NCBI GenBank assembly: GCA_963790475.1
Contig: CAWBOS010000010.1
Coordinates: forward strand, 1,954,945 to 2,018,944
DNA: 64,000 nt
Reading direction: 5' to 3'
DNA from: an uncultured delta proteobacterium
Lineage (GTDB): Bacteria; Desulfobacterota; RBG-13-43-22
Below, in pieces: positions 1 to 8,970 of this stretch (position 1 is its first letter; the number at the start of each line of letters is the position of its first letter). The translations under genes were made by a program, and so were the position numbers. Under the pieces are notes generated by a model. The model made no database searches, had not been told where the DNA came from, and was given only the letters and a program-made list of their open reading frames with translations.

Positions 1-189
1 TTCCTTGTTGCTCTTGGCGTGATCGGGATCGTTGGAATTGATAAGCCATCTTATGGTGCCACATTTACGGTCGTGCTGGCTGGCTGGCTACTGCTCGTTC
101 TTGGTCCGTATATGAGCGTGTTTTTCACTCCCGACCGACTCACGGTTTTCGATATGATATGTAAGACGCGAGTCGTTTCCAAACCCTAA
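1..189 (+). CDS. RDD family membrane protein, C-terminal part (truncated by window edge)
   Basis: Frame 1 is open to TAA at 187-189. Hydrophobic segments are followed by DRLTVFDMICKTRVV, resembling the RDD C-terminal motif. Confidence 0.6.
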   Translation, partial: FLVALGVIGIVGIDKPSYGATFTVVLAGWLLLVLGPYMSVFFTPDRLTVFDMICKTRVVSKP

Positions 190-200
190 GAGGTATCACC

Positions 201-887
201 ATGTCCAATATTGATTTTGCTGGGAATCCGAATCAGCGCACTCTTTGCGTTTTGGTGCTTGATGCATCAGGATCTATGGATGTGCCATCATCATTCGGAA
301 AAACAAAGATTGCGGAACTGAATGATGGAATTGTCATGCTCGAAGCAGCGCTTAGGGCGGATGATACGGCGTTGGTTCGCGTTCAATTGGCAATCGTATG
401 CGTTGGCGGGCCGATCAACGACGCAGACGTCATGATGGACTGGACTGATGCAAAGCACTTCAGTGCATTGAAACTTAATTCCGGAGGTACCACCCCGCTC
501 GGGAAAGGGCTACTAATTGCCCTCCAAATGATCGAGCAAGGGAAACGAAACCTGAAGAAAGCGGGGATCTCCTATACCCGGCCATGGATGCTCGTCATGA
601 CAGACGGTGAGCCGACTGACTCTGCTTCCGAGTGGGCAACTGCGGTTACCGAGTGTAAAGCCGCTGAAGCCAGCAAGAAGATTGAAATCTTTGCGGTCGG
701 TGTTCAAGGGGCGAATCTTTCCAAGATGAGCGAAATCTGTGCTAAACCGCCATTAATGTTAGCTGGGATGAAATTCAAAGAGCTTTTTGTCTGGTTGAGT
801 GCGAGTTTGAGTGCAGCAAGCCGGAGTCGGCCAGGAGATATGATCCAGCTCCCATCAACTGATCCATGGCGAAATGTCGGAATATGA
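201..887 (+). CDS. vWA domain protein, TerY/YegL-like
   Basis: MIDAS motif DASGSM, GGTTPLG, YTRPWMLVMTDGEPTD and the C-terminal FKELFVWLSASLSAASRSRPG typical of YegL/TerY. Confidence 0.9.
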   Translation: MSNIDFAGNPNQRTLCVLVLDASGSMDVPSSFGKTKIAELNDGIVMLEAALRADDTALVRVQLAIVCVGGPINDADVMMDWTDAKHFSALKLNSGGTTPLGKGLLIALQMIEQGKRNLKKAGISYTRPWMLVMTDGEPTDSASEWATAVTECKAAEASKKIEIFAVGVQGANLSKMSEICAKPPLMLAGMKFKELFVWLSASLSAASRSRPGDMIQLPSTDPWRNVGI

Positions 888-2074
888 CCCAAAGTGAAGA
901 TTCATGGATTGCGGCAGGAGCAAGTGTTATAGGAACAAGCCATCTGGCCTTGGGGACACCATGTCAGGATTCACACCATATCTTCATCAGCAAAGACGGA
1001 TCGTGGGTTGCGGTCGCGGTAAGTGATGGCGCTGGAAGTGCAGCGAGGTCGCAAGAAAGTTCTGCACTCGTCGCAAGAAGTTTTGCAAGGAAGCTTAACG
1101 AGCTTTCGGATCAATTTGCTACTCGTGCACCCGGTGCATGGGTCAATGATTTTGTAATTCAGCAGGTTCTCACCGTGCGTGAGGAGCTACGAACAATTGC
1201 CCAGTCTGATGTCCTGAGCTCTTTCCACTGCACACTTGTTGCCTGTTTATTAGGGCCGTCGGGTGGATTTGCGATACATATTGGTGACGGAGTAATTTTC
1301 GGAGGGAGCTCTAAGAGAGATAGTAATGCGGAGAAGATTTCTCTTGATGTTGGACCCTTCTTATCACCTCCTGAAAATGCCGAATACGCAAATGAGACGT
1401 TCTTCATCACGGTAGGCGACTGGATCAAGCATTTGAGAATTACTCCACTACCACGGTGTGAGTGGGTGATGCTTGCTACAGATGGTGGCGCAGCTCTCTG
1501 TACAGTCGCAGAAAGCGTGCCAAAGGGTGGGTTTGTTGGACCTCTCCTCACTCTGTGCAAGAATGAATCGGATAGCAAGCGGTGGGGAGCGTTGCTGACA
1601 AGGACGATTACAGACGCGCAAGCTGACAAGCTGACAAATGACGATAAGACACTCGTGGTCTGCATGCGCCGCAACATTGCCAGTGTTCCCCGTGGTGTTC
1701 TGTTGGAGTATGGAGTGCCTGTTCCGCTGACAAGTGAGACTATCTCATCGGTTCGTCGGCAAACAAATACCCGTCCAATCCACGGAGTCACCGCTCGTAG
1801 TCGAATTAAGCGAGTAATGTCTTCTTCCGTGGTTAGTCGCCCTCGCCGCATTCATACAATAAAAGTGATCCTATTTGCCGTATTCATGCTGGTAGTGGGG
1901 GCGAGTGTGGTCCTCTGCCTCGATGGCGTGTTGAGACGGCGGTTAATTAATTTTTTACCATGGTCATCAATTAATCGAGACGCAAACCAAGGCAAAAGAG
2001 ACATGACTCCTTCAGGGGCAGCAAAGTCGGAGAAAGAAGGAGGGGGCGCCCTAAAAGGAAGGACGTCAGAATGA
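884..2074 (+). CDS. PP2C-like phosphatase (YegK-like) with C-terminal transmembrane segment
   Basis: ASVIGTSH..PCQD, AVSDGAGSA, HIGDG, EYANETFF, LATDG and DDKTL motifs. ATG at 884 overlaps the vWA stop (ATGA). Confidence 0.88.
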   Translation: MTQSEDSWIAAGASVIGTSHLALGTPCQDSHHIFISKDGSWVAVAVSDGAGSAARSQESSALVARSFARKLNELSDQFATRAPGAWVNDFVIQQVLTVREELRTIAQSDVLSSFHCTLVACLLGPSGGFAIHIGDGVIFGGSSKRDSNAEKISLDVGPFLSPPENAEYANETFFITVGDWIKHLRITPLPRCEWVMLATDGGAALCTVAESVPKGGFVGPLLTLCKNESDSKRWGALLTRTITDAQADKLTNDDKTLVVCMRRNIASVPRGVLLEYGVPVPLTSETISSVRRQTNTRPIHGVTARSRIKRVMSSSVVSRPRRIHTIKVILFAVFMLVVGASVVLCLDGVLRRRLINFLPWSSINRDANQGKRDMTPSGAAKSEKEGGGALKGRTSE

Positions 2075-2253
2075 CACATAGGGAGTTCAATCCAGGATCT
2101 ATCTACAACATCGGATTCAATGTCCGCGAACGGCATCAATCGAAAACAAATCAGGACAATGGTCTAAACCGAATGCGATTTGAAGCGAGTACGGAGTCGG
2201 GCAAAGTTGGGTTTGCGGAGGTAGACACCTCTGTAGCCTTAGGCCGTGGATGA
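2071..2253 (+). pseudogene. Short ORF carrying a duplicated copy of the kinase N-terminus
   Basis: NQDNGLNRMRFEASTESG..GFAEVDTSVALGRG also occurs inside the 2250-4451 protein. Confidence 0.55.
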
Positions 2254-2728
2254 GCACTCAAGAAGAAATCGTTCATTACAGAAACTTAGCCGAGACAGGT
2301 GATGCGGCCGCCCAATGCCGATTGGGCTGGATGTATCAAAATGGTAAAGGTGTTCCAATGAACTATGTCGAGGCTTTGAAATGGTTTCGCAAGGCGGCTA
2401 TTCAGGGGAATACGGATGCCCAGAACAACCTTGGAAGGATGTATCAACATGGTAAGGGAGTTCCACAGAGCGATACTGAAGCCATGAAGTGGTATCATAA
2501 GGCGGCTGTTCAGGGGAATACGGATGCCCAGAACAACTGGAAGAAGATGAAAGCCGAAAGTATTAAAGTAGACAAACCTGAAAGTGAGCCACTTGTTACC
2601 AAAGAACTACCTACCCAAAATTTTCCAAATCAGGACAATGGTCTAAACCGAATGCGATTTGAAGCGAGTACGGAGTCGGGCAGCCTTGGGTTTGCGGAGG
2701 TAGACACCTCTGTAGCCTTAGGCCGTGG
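2147..2728. repeat. 103-bp direct repeat pair (2147-2249 and 2626-2728) flanking the Sel1 module
   Basis: The copies are identical except aag vs gcc (3 nt) and are offset by 479 bp. Confidence 0.92.
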
Positions 2729-4451
2729 TGGCGTTGCCGTGATTCACCCGGCGATGTTTGATGGTAACTCGTGCGCGGCGAAGATCTTTAACTCCAATCG
2801 AGTGGTAAATGCGGACAAGATTATGGCAATGATTGCCAATCCGCCAGATTCCTTATGGATCACTGTTGGGACCAGGACGTATCCGAAGTACGGGTGGCCG
2901 ACATCACTTCTAAGAAGTCCGCAGGGTCCGCCGGTAGGGTTTTTGATGCCAGTCGTGGACCAGACCGAGTCCTTTACGTTTGACTGTTACTACGACAAGA
3001 CCCTGATTAAGAAGCTGGAGTCGCCAGAGGAGGTTGCGCTTTCGTTCAAGCTGGAGATCGCAAGTAATCTCAGCAGGTCGGTATCAGAGCTGCATAAGCA
3101 TGGCCACTACTTCATCGATCTGAAGCCGCAGAACATACGTGTCTTCAGGCGAACCCATATCGTTACGCTGATCGATTGCGATGGCTTTTCAATTCAAGGG
3201 ATAGAGAAACGGTTTCCTGCCGAAATGCTCTCAGCGGATTACATTGCGCCCGAGGCATATCGAGGCAACATCTATCCGCAGAACCTATCGGAGCCTCAGG
3301 ATCGCTATGCCCTTGCGGTCATCCTGTTCCAATTGCTAAATGGGGGGACGCATCCGTTCCAAGGCATCGTAACTGACGCAAACATATCGGCCAACACCAA
3401 CGATGAGAAGGCGGCCGCTGGTCTCTATCCCCATGGCTTGACGCCGAACCCACGGATCCTACCGCGCCCGCAAAGCATTCACTCATGCTTTGATGACGAG
3501 ACGCGGAGTCTTTTCGACCTATCATTTACCGGAACCCAGTCAGAACGACCGTCGGCGGAGAAATGGGCTCAGCATTTCAAAAGACTGCTTGATGACAAAG
3601 CGCTTGTAAGGTGCGATGGTCACCCTTTCGACATACGTCACATGCGTTTTCAGGGGAAGACGTGTCCCACCTGCCATTTAGAGATCATCTCTCGGCAAAG
3701 AACGCGTGTTTTACCAGGCACGGCCACCATCAAGCCGACACCGACAACAAAACCAGTAAGACTATCGGCTACGGATTCAACTGGGGGCTTTAAGCTTATA
3801 GGAGGGGTTATGGGATTTATCCTAATAATGCTCTTCATAATTGGGCTCAATATGAACTCCCCGAAATCAATACCACCGCGACCACCAGCCCAGGAACAAA
3901 TGGCTCCGGAGCCAGCACCAGCCCCAGCTCCAGCCCGAGAAGAAATGGCCACAATGCCAGCACCAGCACCAAGTGAAACTGGATTTAATAACACCAACCA
4001 ATACTATTCTTGGGAAAACCCGTGGACGAAACTTCATGCCTTAATGAACACCAAATGGAAACATTCAATTCAAACTGATAAAATAGGCGGGGAGCTTCAC
4101 ATCTTCAGCGGACAGGATACCCGTACTTTCGTCACTATTTCTGTTGAGCAAAGAAGTGGTTTGTCTCTGAGCGATTATGTAAGAGGGTTCCAGAAGAGCG
4201 ACTCTGGTTCAAAAATAAGTTTCACGGACGGAGGGAGACTTTTTAATAATAAGGGGGGGGGACAAACCTGGCAAGGCTCAGGAGTCTGGGTTGAAAAATA
4301 CACGGGCTATGGCATAAATATCCAAATTACTCAAGTTGGTTCTGCGTTTTGGCGGGTCGTATCCGGTAAAGAAATACCGTATGACGAGACTGGAGCCGAT
4401 GATAAACAGAATCAAATGATTCAAAATGCCTTATGGGACACTATTAGATGA
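2250..4451 (+). CDS. Sel1-repeat + YegI-like Ser/Thr kinase with transmembrane segment, Pro/Ala linker and extracytoplasmic domain
   Basis: Sel1 repeats (AQCRLGWMYQNGKGV, AQNNLGRMYQHGKGV). Kinase motifs LGRGG, AAKIF, DLKPQN, LIDCDGF, YIAPE, GTHPF. Hydrophobic segment LIGGVMGFILIMLFIIGL. Confidence 0.88.
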   Translation: MSTQEEIVHYRNLAETGDAAAQCRLGWMYQNGKGVPMNYVEALKWFRKAAIQGNTDAQNNLGRMYQHGKGVPQSDTEAMKWYHKAAVQGNTDAQNNWKKMKAESIKVDKPESEPLVTKELPTQNFPNQDNGLNRMRFEASTESGSLGFAEVDTSVALGRGGVAVIHPAMFDGNSCAAKIFNSNRVVNADKIMAMIANPPDSLWITVGTRTYPKYGWPTSLLRSPQGPPVGFLMPVVDQTESFTFDCYYDKTLIKKLESPEEVALSFKLEIASNLSRSVSELHKHGHYFIDLKPQNIRVFRRTHIVTLIDCDGFSIQGIEKRFPAEMLSADYIAPEAYRGNIYPQNLSEPQDRYALAVILFQLLNGGTHPFQGIVTDANISANTNDEKAAAGLYPHGLTPNPRILPRPQSIHSCFDDETRSLFDLSFTGTQSERPSAEKWAQHFKRLLDDKALVRCDGHPFDIRHMRFQGKTCPTCHLEIISRQRTRVLPGTATIKPTPTTKPVRLSATDSTGGFKLIGGVMGFILIMLFIIGLNMNSPKSIPPRPPAQEQMAPEPAPAPAPAREEMATMPAPAPSETGFNNTNQYYSWENPWTKLHALMNTKWKHSIQTDKIGGELHIFSGQDTRTFVTISVEQRSGLSLSDYVRGFQKSDSGSKISFTDGGRLFNNKGGGQTWQGSGVWVEKYTGYGINIQITQVGSAFWRVVSGKEIPYDETGADDKQNQMIQNALWDTIR

Positions 4452-4570
4452 CAGGAAACCTTGGGGGATGGGGTTCCATGAACGGTGAATGAATATCAGG
4501 CTTTTGTTAGCAAATGGAATCGGCACATTCGTCCTCTGAGATAGAAAAAGGGTGGTTTCTAAGAATTATC

Positions 4571-4599
4571 TTGACAATTTTTAACCCATAGGTTATATT
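4571..4599 (+). promoter_or_regulatory. sigma70 promoter
   Basis: TTGACA-17 bp-TATATT immediately upstream of the riboswitch. Confidence 0.75.
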
Positions 4600-4604
4600 A
4601 CCAC

Positions 4605-4712
4605 CCAACATGACGAGTGGCGGAGGGTAAAATCCCTACTGCCCGGCAACCTGATCCGTAAAGGTGCTTAGTCACTTAAAAGAGTGGCCATGAGGTCGAA
4701 AGACAAACGGTT
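4605..4712 (+). ncRNA. SAM-I/IV-type riboswitch aptamer
   Basis: P1 CAUG/CAUG, J1/2 ACGAG, SAM core GGCAACC...AAGGUGCU, P4 GUCAC/GUGGC, P5 GUC-GAAA-GAC. The 3' ACGG can pair with L3 CCGU (PK2). Confidence 0.8.
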
Positions 4713-4715
4713 TTT

Positions 4716-4742
4716 GAGACCTCACCTTTGCGTGAGGTTTTT
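4716..4742 (+). terminator. Riboswitch expression-platform terminator
   Basis: AGACCTCAC-CTTTGC-GTGAGGTTT followed by a U tract. Its 5' arm GACCTCA can alternatively pair with TGAGGTC (4691-4697) as an antiterminator. Confidence 0.7.
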
Positions 4743-4904
4743 GCGTTTTAAGGGCGGAAAAATTCACTTCTTGTCATTACCAAAAGGAGGTGAGATCGAC
4801 AAAAAAATGATAATTAGCTCGACATAGATAATATAGGTTTGTGGGGGGATTTGTTGCTATTGCAGCCCCACGTTAAAAAACAATTTGCTAAAATGCTGGC
4901 GGAG

Positions 4905-4943
4905 AAGACCTGGGGCTGACATTTAGCTTCCAGGTTTTTTTTT
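4905..4943 (+). terminator. Probable intrinsic terminator
   Basis: AAGACCTGG...CCAGGTTTT stem running into a T9 tract. Confidence 0.55.
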
Positions 4944-4968
4944 GCCCCGAGATTGGAGGTTAACAAAG

Positions 4969-5559
4969 ATGGAAAAGAAGAAAAGAAATAAACTCACTCA
5001 GTTTAAAGAGTTCGACCCGATGATCTGGAAGAAACTTGGAGTTAATCCGACGGTCATGAAGTCGGCCACAATCACTGTATATTCCAAAAATCCACCCCTA
5101 TATGTAATTGAAAGCATCAAACGTCAAAAGGCCGTCAGTGCTTTCAGGGAGGCCCAGGAGAACTGGCAGAAGATGAATCGTGATTACCCGGCCACCCTTG
5201 AAGACCATTTGGCCCTGGAAGACCTGATCGCTGAATCGAATGGGATCGTATGTGCCTTCTTCATTGAGGGGGCCTTGATTATAGGGATAGACCCTTCCTG
5301 CTATCATGATGTGGAGTTTGGAAACTTTCTATCTTATTTCGATAGGGACTTTCATTACCGGTTCAGGATCATTTGCACCCCTGCCCCGGCTCCTTTAACC
5401 ATTGAGGACGGTGAACGGCTCCTGGAGTCTTTGGAAGAGTGTGATCGAAACTTTGAAGAAATGATGAATAAAAGGTCCGCTTCAATAAACCAAGGAATTT
5501 CGGAAATGGGGTTGGACCGAAATGATATTCCTGACCTCTTAAATGAGGAGGAGGAATAG
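4969..5559 (+). CDS. Hypothetical protein
   Basis: ORF with GGAGG RBS, 2 nt from the next gene. No recognised motif. Confidence 0.65.
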   Translation: MEKKKRNKLTQFKEFDPMIWKKLGVNPTVMKSATITVYSKNPPLYVIESIKRQKAVSAFREAQENWQKMNRDYPATLEDHLALEDLIAESNGIVCAFFIEGALIIGIDPSCYHDVEFGNFLSYFDRDFHYRFRIICTPAPAPLTIEDGERLLESLEECDRNFEEMMNKRSASINQGISEMGLDRNDIPDLLNEEEE

Positions 5560-5561
5560 TC

Positions 5562-6488
5562 ATGGGAAACGATAAGATCCAGGGGTGCCTACTTGGCGTA
5601 GCCATAGGGGACGCACTCGGAGCCCCCTTTGAAGGAAAGGATCCCGGTGCTGTAAGTCGCAAGGTCAAATCTGACAATGGTCGCATAAAGGATTTCTACC
5701 CTTTCTTCGGCGGACTCGGGACCTGGACTGACGATACGGGCATGACCCTGGCCGTCTGTAGAGCCTTCATAAAACATGAAAGAACCAGAAAATCTATGGA
5801 ATCTTGTTTCCGGGGGGCTTTTTACAACTGGATCAATTCCGATGAAAGCCGGGGTTCGGGAAGAACAGTAACCTACGCCGCTAAACATGGAGTCGCCGAC
5901 CTAAATTCTTGGAGTTCGGGGGCACTCATGAGAACTTCGCCTGTTTCGATCTATGCCTATCAGAAAGGCTACACTACTCACCAGGCGGCCGATCTCGCTT
6001 ACTGGGTAGCCTCCCTTAGCCATGGGCATCCCCAAGCTACTTTCCCCCCCGTGGAATTTACCCTGGCCCTATTGTCGATTTTTCGTAAGGAAAGGAGTGT
6101 ACCCGTTTACCTTGACGATCCCGAGGCCCTGGTGACCCAACAGGACCCCGATCAGGAAGATCGGCGGAAGGACTATAAACGATTACGGCACTGGCAGGCC
6201 GACGACCTGGACCCGACAACAGGACTCTCCATTTGGAAGAAGGTTTTTGAAGACTGCTTGGGGTTAAAGCCTGGAGTTCCCTGGAGCAGACTACCGGACT
6301 TTGAAGAAGGTATTCTAAAGGCCGTTAATGAATGCCTTGACCGCGATACTGCCGGGGCTGTTGCCGGTGCCATCCTTGGGGCTAAGTGGGGTATTCGGGG
6401 GATTCCTCAGAAATGGAAGACCCGAGTGGAAAAAAGTGAAACCATAATAGGGCTGGCGAATGACTTGATACAAGCCGCTCAGGAATAA
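5562..6488 (+). CDS. ADP-ribosylglycohydrolase family protein (DraG/Tri1-like)
   Basis: GCLLGVAIGDALGAPFE, WTDDT, GALMR and DRDTAGAVAGAILGA motifs. Confidence 0.92.
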   Translation: MGNDKIQGCLLGVAIGDALGAPFEGKDPGAVSRKVKSDNGRIKDFYPFFGGLGTWTDDTGMTLAVCRAFIKHERTRKSMESCFRGAFYNWINSDESRGSGRTVTYAAKHGVADLNSWSSGALMRTSPVSIYAYQKGYTTHQAADLAYWVASLSHGHPQATFPPVEFTLALLSIFRKERSVPVYLDDPEALVTQQDPDQEDRRKDYKRLRHWQADDLDPTTGLSIWKKVFEDCLGLKPGVPWSRLPDFEEGILKAVNECLDRDTAGAVAGAILGAKWGIRGIPQKWKTRVEKSETIIGLANDLIQAAQE

Positions 6489-6499
6489 AGGAGGCTGCA

Positions 6500-7018
6500 A
6501 TGTCCGATGTAAATTTGGTTGTCACCCGGATCCGGGAAACACTTTCCGGAGAAACGAAGATAGCTTTTCTTAAAGCCCTGAATGAGGCCAAACAGGGATC
6601 TACAATGTTGTCATCGGGTGACTGGGAGGGATGCCTGACCCATTTGATGCGGGCTCATGATCTATTAACTAACATCCCTGAGGCGGCACCTATCCTGGGT
6701 ATGGTTAGCCAAGACCTGGCCGCTGCATTCGGCAATCTCGATAGACTCACCGAAGCATCGAAGTTTGCTCAGGACGCCATTCGGTTGGTAAAGGGAATTA
6801 AGGAACTGGCTTTCACCGAAGCGATGGCTCAAATGACCATCGGGAACGTCTGCTACAGTAGAGGAAATGGACTGGAAGGATCACAGTATTTTGCTTCGGC
6901 AAGAAACCTGCTCAAGGATCGACCGGGCTCGGAACAGATCTTGCGGGATCTCGACCAGAATGAAGCGAGGCTAAGGGCTAATCTGTCAATGCCCAGACAT
7001 GGCCCTCACTTCTGCTAA
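6500..7018 (+). CDS. TPR-like helical-repeat hypothetical protein
   Basis: AGGAGG RBS and a TPR-like Ala/Leu/Gly periodicity. Confidence 0.6.
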   Translation: MSDVNLVVTRIRETLSGETKIAFLKALNEAKQGSTMLSSGDWEGCLTHLMRAHDLLTNIPEAAPILGMVSQDLAAAFGNLDRLTEASKFAQDAIRLVKGIKELAFTEAMAQMTIGNVCYSRGNGLEGSQYFASARNLLKDRPGSEQILRDLDQNEARLRANLSMPRHGPHFC

Positions 7019-7392
7019 GAAAGGCAACCGCAGAGGCTCCTGACAATTTGAGAGTTAGGGACCGGTGTAGGACTCGTATCCGGGTAAACCAGAATTCAGA
7101 TTTTGAAACACTGTATACTCTCCAAATCGATAAACAATCTTCAGTGGAGGGGGTTTAGCTTAGTGCTGCGATTCGTGAGTTAACCGGCCGTCCTCTTTCG
7201 GATACCGCATTCATCGTTCGAGAGGCTTTACGACTGGCGGTGAAGATCAGGAAAGATAAGTTTGACAATATCTGTGTGGCTCAGAGTTTGAAGGCTTTGA
7301 CGGGTAAAGGTGATGGGGGATGTCAGGGGGGCCAGACGATATTGATTCTCTCATCGTTATTTATTAAAAAAACTTGTTAGAAGGAGGCTGAG

Positions 7393-8187
7393 ATGTCTTA
7401 TGTATTCGACCTGTCAAAAACGTCCAAGAAAGAGGGAGCAGTGGATATAGCTTCCCCGACTTCTAAGACCCAGGCTGCACCGGTTCCCTATACCGAACCG
7501 ACGACCGGCATCGAAATGGTTTTGGTCAAAGGCGGATGTTATCCGATGGGTGATACCTTTGGGGATGGAATTCCTGCTATTGAGAAGCCGGTCCATGAGG
7601 TCTGTGTGGATGATTTCTATCTCGGGAAATATCCAGTAACCCAGGGTCAGTGGAAGGCCGTCATGGGGAATAATCCTTCAGCTTTTCAGAACGGGGACAA
7701 TTACCCGGTGGAGCAAATAAACTGGGATGATGCTCAGAATTTTATCGGTAAGCTGAATGACATAACCGGGAAAAGGTATCGCCTGCCCACGGAAGCCGAG
7801 TGGGAGTACGCCGCCCGGAGCCGGGGGAAGAAAGAAAAATGGGCCGGGACCAGCAACGAATCAGGGCTAATGAAGTTTGCCTGGTACAGGAGAAACGCGA
7901 GAGGGAAGACCCACCCGGTAGGAAGGAAGCGGCCGAACGGCCTGGGTTTGTATGACATGAGCGGCAATGTCTGTGAATGGGTTCAGGACACGTTTAGTGA
8001 GGACGCTTATAGCTCACATTCAGGGATGAATCCCGTCATAGAGGGTGGTGTCTACTGCGTGTTGCGTGGCGGTTCCTGGAACTTTGATGCCGATGGTATA
8101 CGCCTTGCCAGTCGAGCCTGGCTCCCGCCCGGAAGCCGCAATGAAATCCTTAACCAAATCGGCTTTCGTGTTGCCAGGGATCTTTAG
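7393..8187 (+). CDS. Formylglycine-generating-enzyme (FGE-sulfatase/SUMF1) domain protein
   Basis: PVHEV, YPVTQGQW, RLPTEAEWEYAAR, NGLGLYDMSGNVCEW, VLRGGSW and IGFRVA motifs. Confidence 0.92.
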   Translation: MSYVFDLSKTSKKEGAVDIASPTSKTQAAPVPYTEPTTGIEMVLVKGGCYPMGDTFGDGIPAIEKPVHEVCVDDFYLGKYPVTQGQWKAVMGNNPSAFQNGDNYPVEQINWDDAQNFIGKLNDITGKRYRLPTEAEWEYAARSRGKKEKWAGTSNESGLMKFAWYRRNARGKTHPVGRKRPNGLGLYDMSGNVCEWVQDTFSEDAYSSHSGMNPVIEGGVYCVLRGGSWNFDADGIRLASRAWLPPGSRNEILNQIGFRVARDL

Positions 8188-8752
8188 TCTCACACCCGCA
8201 TGGTTGTTGATTCCTGACCGCAGTGCACCTCTCCTGAGGCCGTGGTCACCTAAATGGACCCTAATCAGGAGGATCATGAGAGTGTCCCTGAACGCTGAAA
8301 GGGCCAGAACGAAAAGCCTTGTAGTATCATTACCTTGTACAATCAAACGATCATCGACACTATAAAGAATCGATGAAGATAAGATAATAGAAAGATTGAA
8401 AAGTTGATCAAAAGGCTACCCGAGAAGGGATATGGTTAGGATGAGTGGAATCTATTCGTATTTTTTACGTAAAATGTATGCTTATTCTTCACTCCTGAGT
8501 TCCATATAAGCAGAGTTTGGATGCGAATAAATATGGACACAAGTGTATATACTTTTTGTCAATTCGTAAGAAGTCGGTATTAACCTATGGGAGGGGAGAT
8601 AGAGGAGAATCCGTAAAAAGCGGATATAGCAATTGTACCTGTCGTAACCGAAAATAACCTAATGTAACCCAACATAATCCAACTTGCCTTTTACAACTGG
8701 TTGATATTTAACTACTTAATTTTTGATGGGAAATCGCCTAAGTAGTTTTTTC

Positions 8753-8810
8753 GACTTAAAATCCCTCGGTCCTCGCGGCTGTACCGGTTCGATTCCGGTC
8801 CCAGGCACCA
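8753..8810 (+). tRNA. 3' half of tRNA-Leu(TAA); duplicated att site ending an integrated element
   Basis: GACTTAAAATC anticodon loop, long variable arm, GGTTCGATTCC T-arm and CCA end. The D-arm and 5' acceptor strand are absent, replaced by AT-rich sequence. Confidence 0.85.
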
Positions 8811-8828
8811 GTTATTATTAGGTAATTT

Positions 8829-8860
8829 GGGAATAGGGGCTTCGGCCCCTTTTCTATTTT
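8829..8860 (+). terminator. Intrinsic terminator after the tRNA 3' end
   Basis: AGGGGC-TTCG-GCCCCT followed by a T tract. Confidence 0.75.
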
Positions 8861-8970
8861 GACAGTCCCTCGGACCATTGTCCACACTCTGCCCGCATTT
8901 TCAATACCATCTGCTTCTTTAAAAACTGGGTGCCAAACCCGTCCAGTATAACACCATAAAGGCCCTGGCC

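Noticed and set aside
8020-8346. Integrase fragment (HGLRRG) on the minus strand
   Set aside because: It is a single short motif with no other tyrosine recombinase residues and overlaps the FGE gene.
7393-8420. FGE-fold gene as a diversity-generating retroelement target
   Set aside because: I found no template repeat of its 3' end in the window, and the only RT is a group II intron remnant.
8753-8810. Functional tRNA-Leu gene
   Set aside because: The 5' acceptor strand and D-arm are absent; it is an att duplicate.
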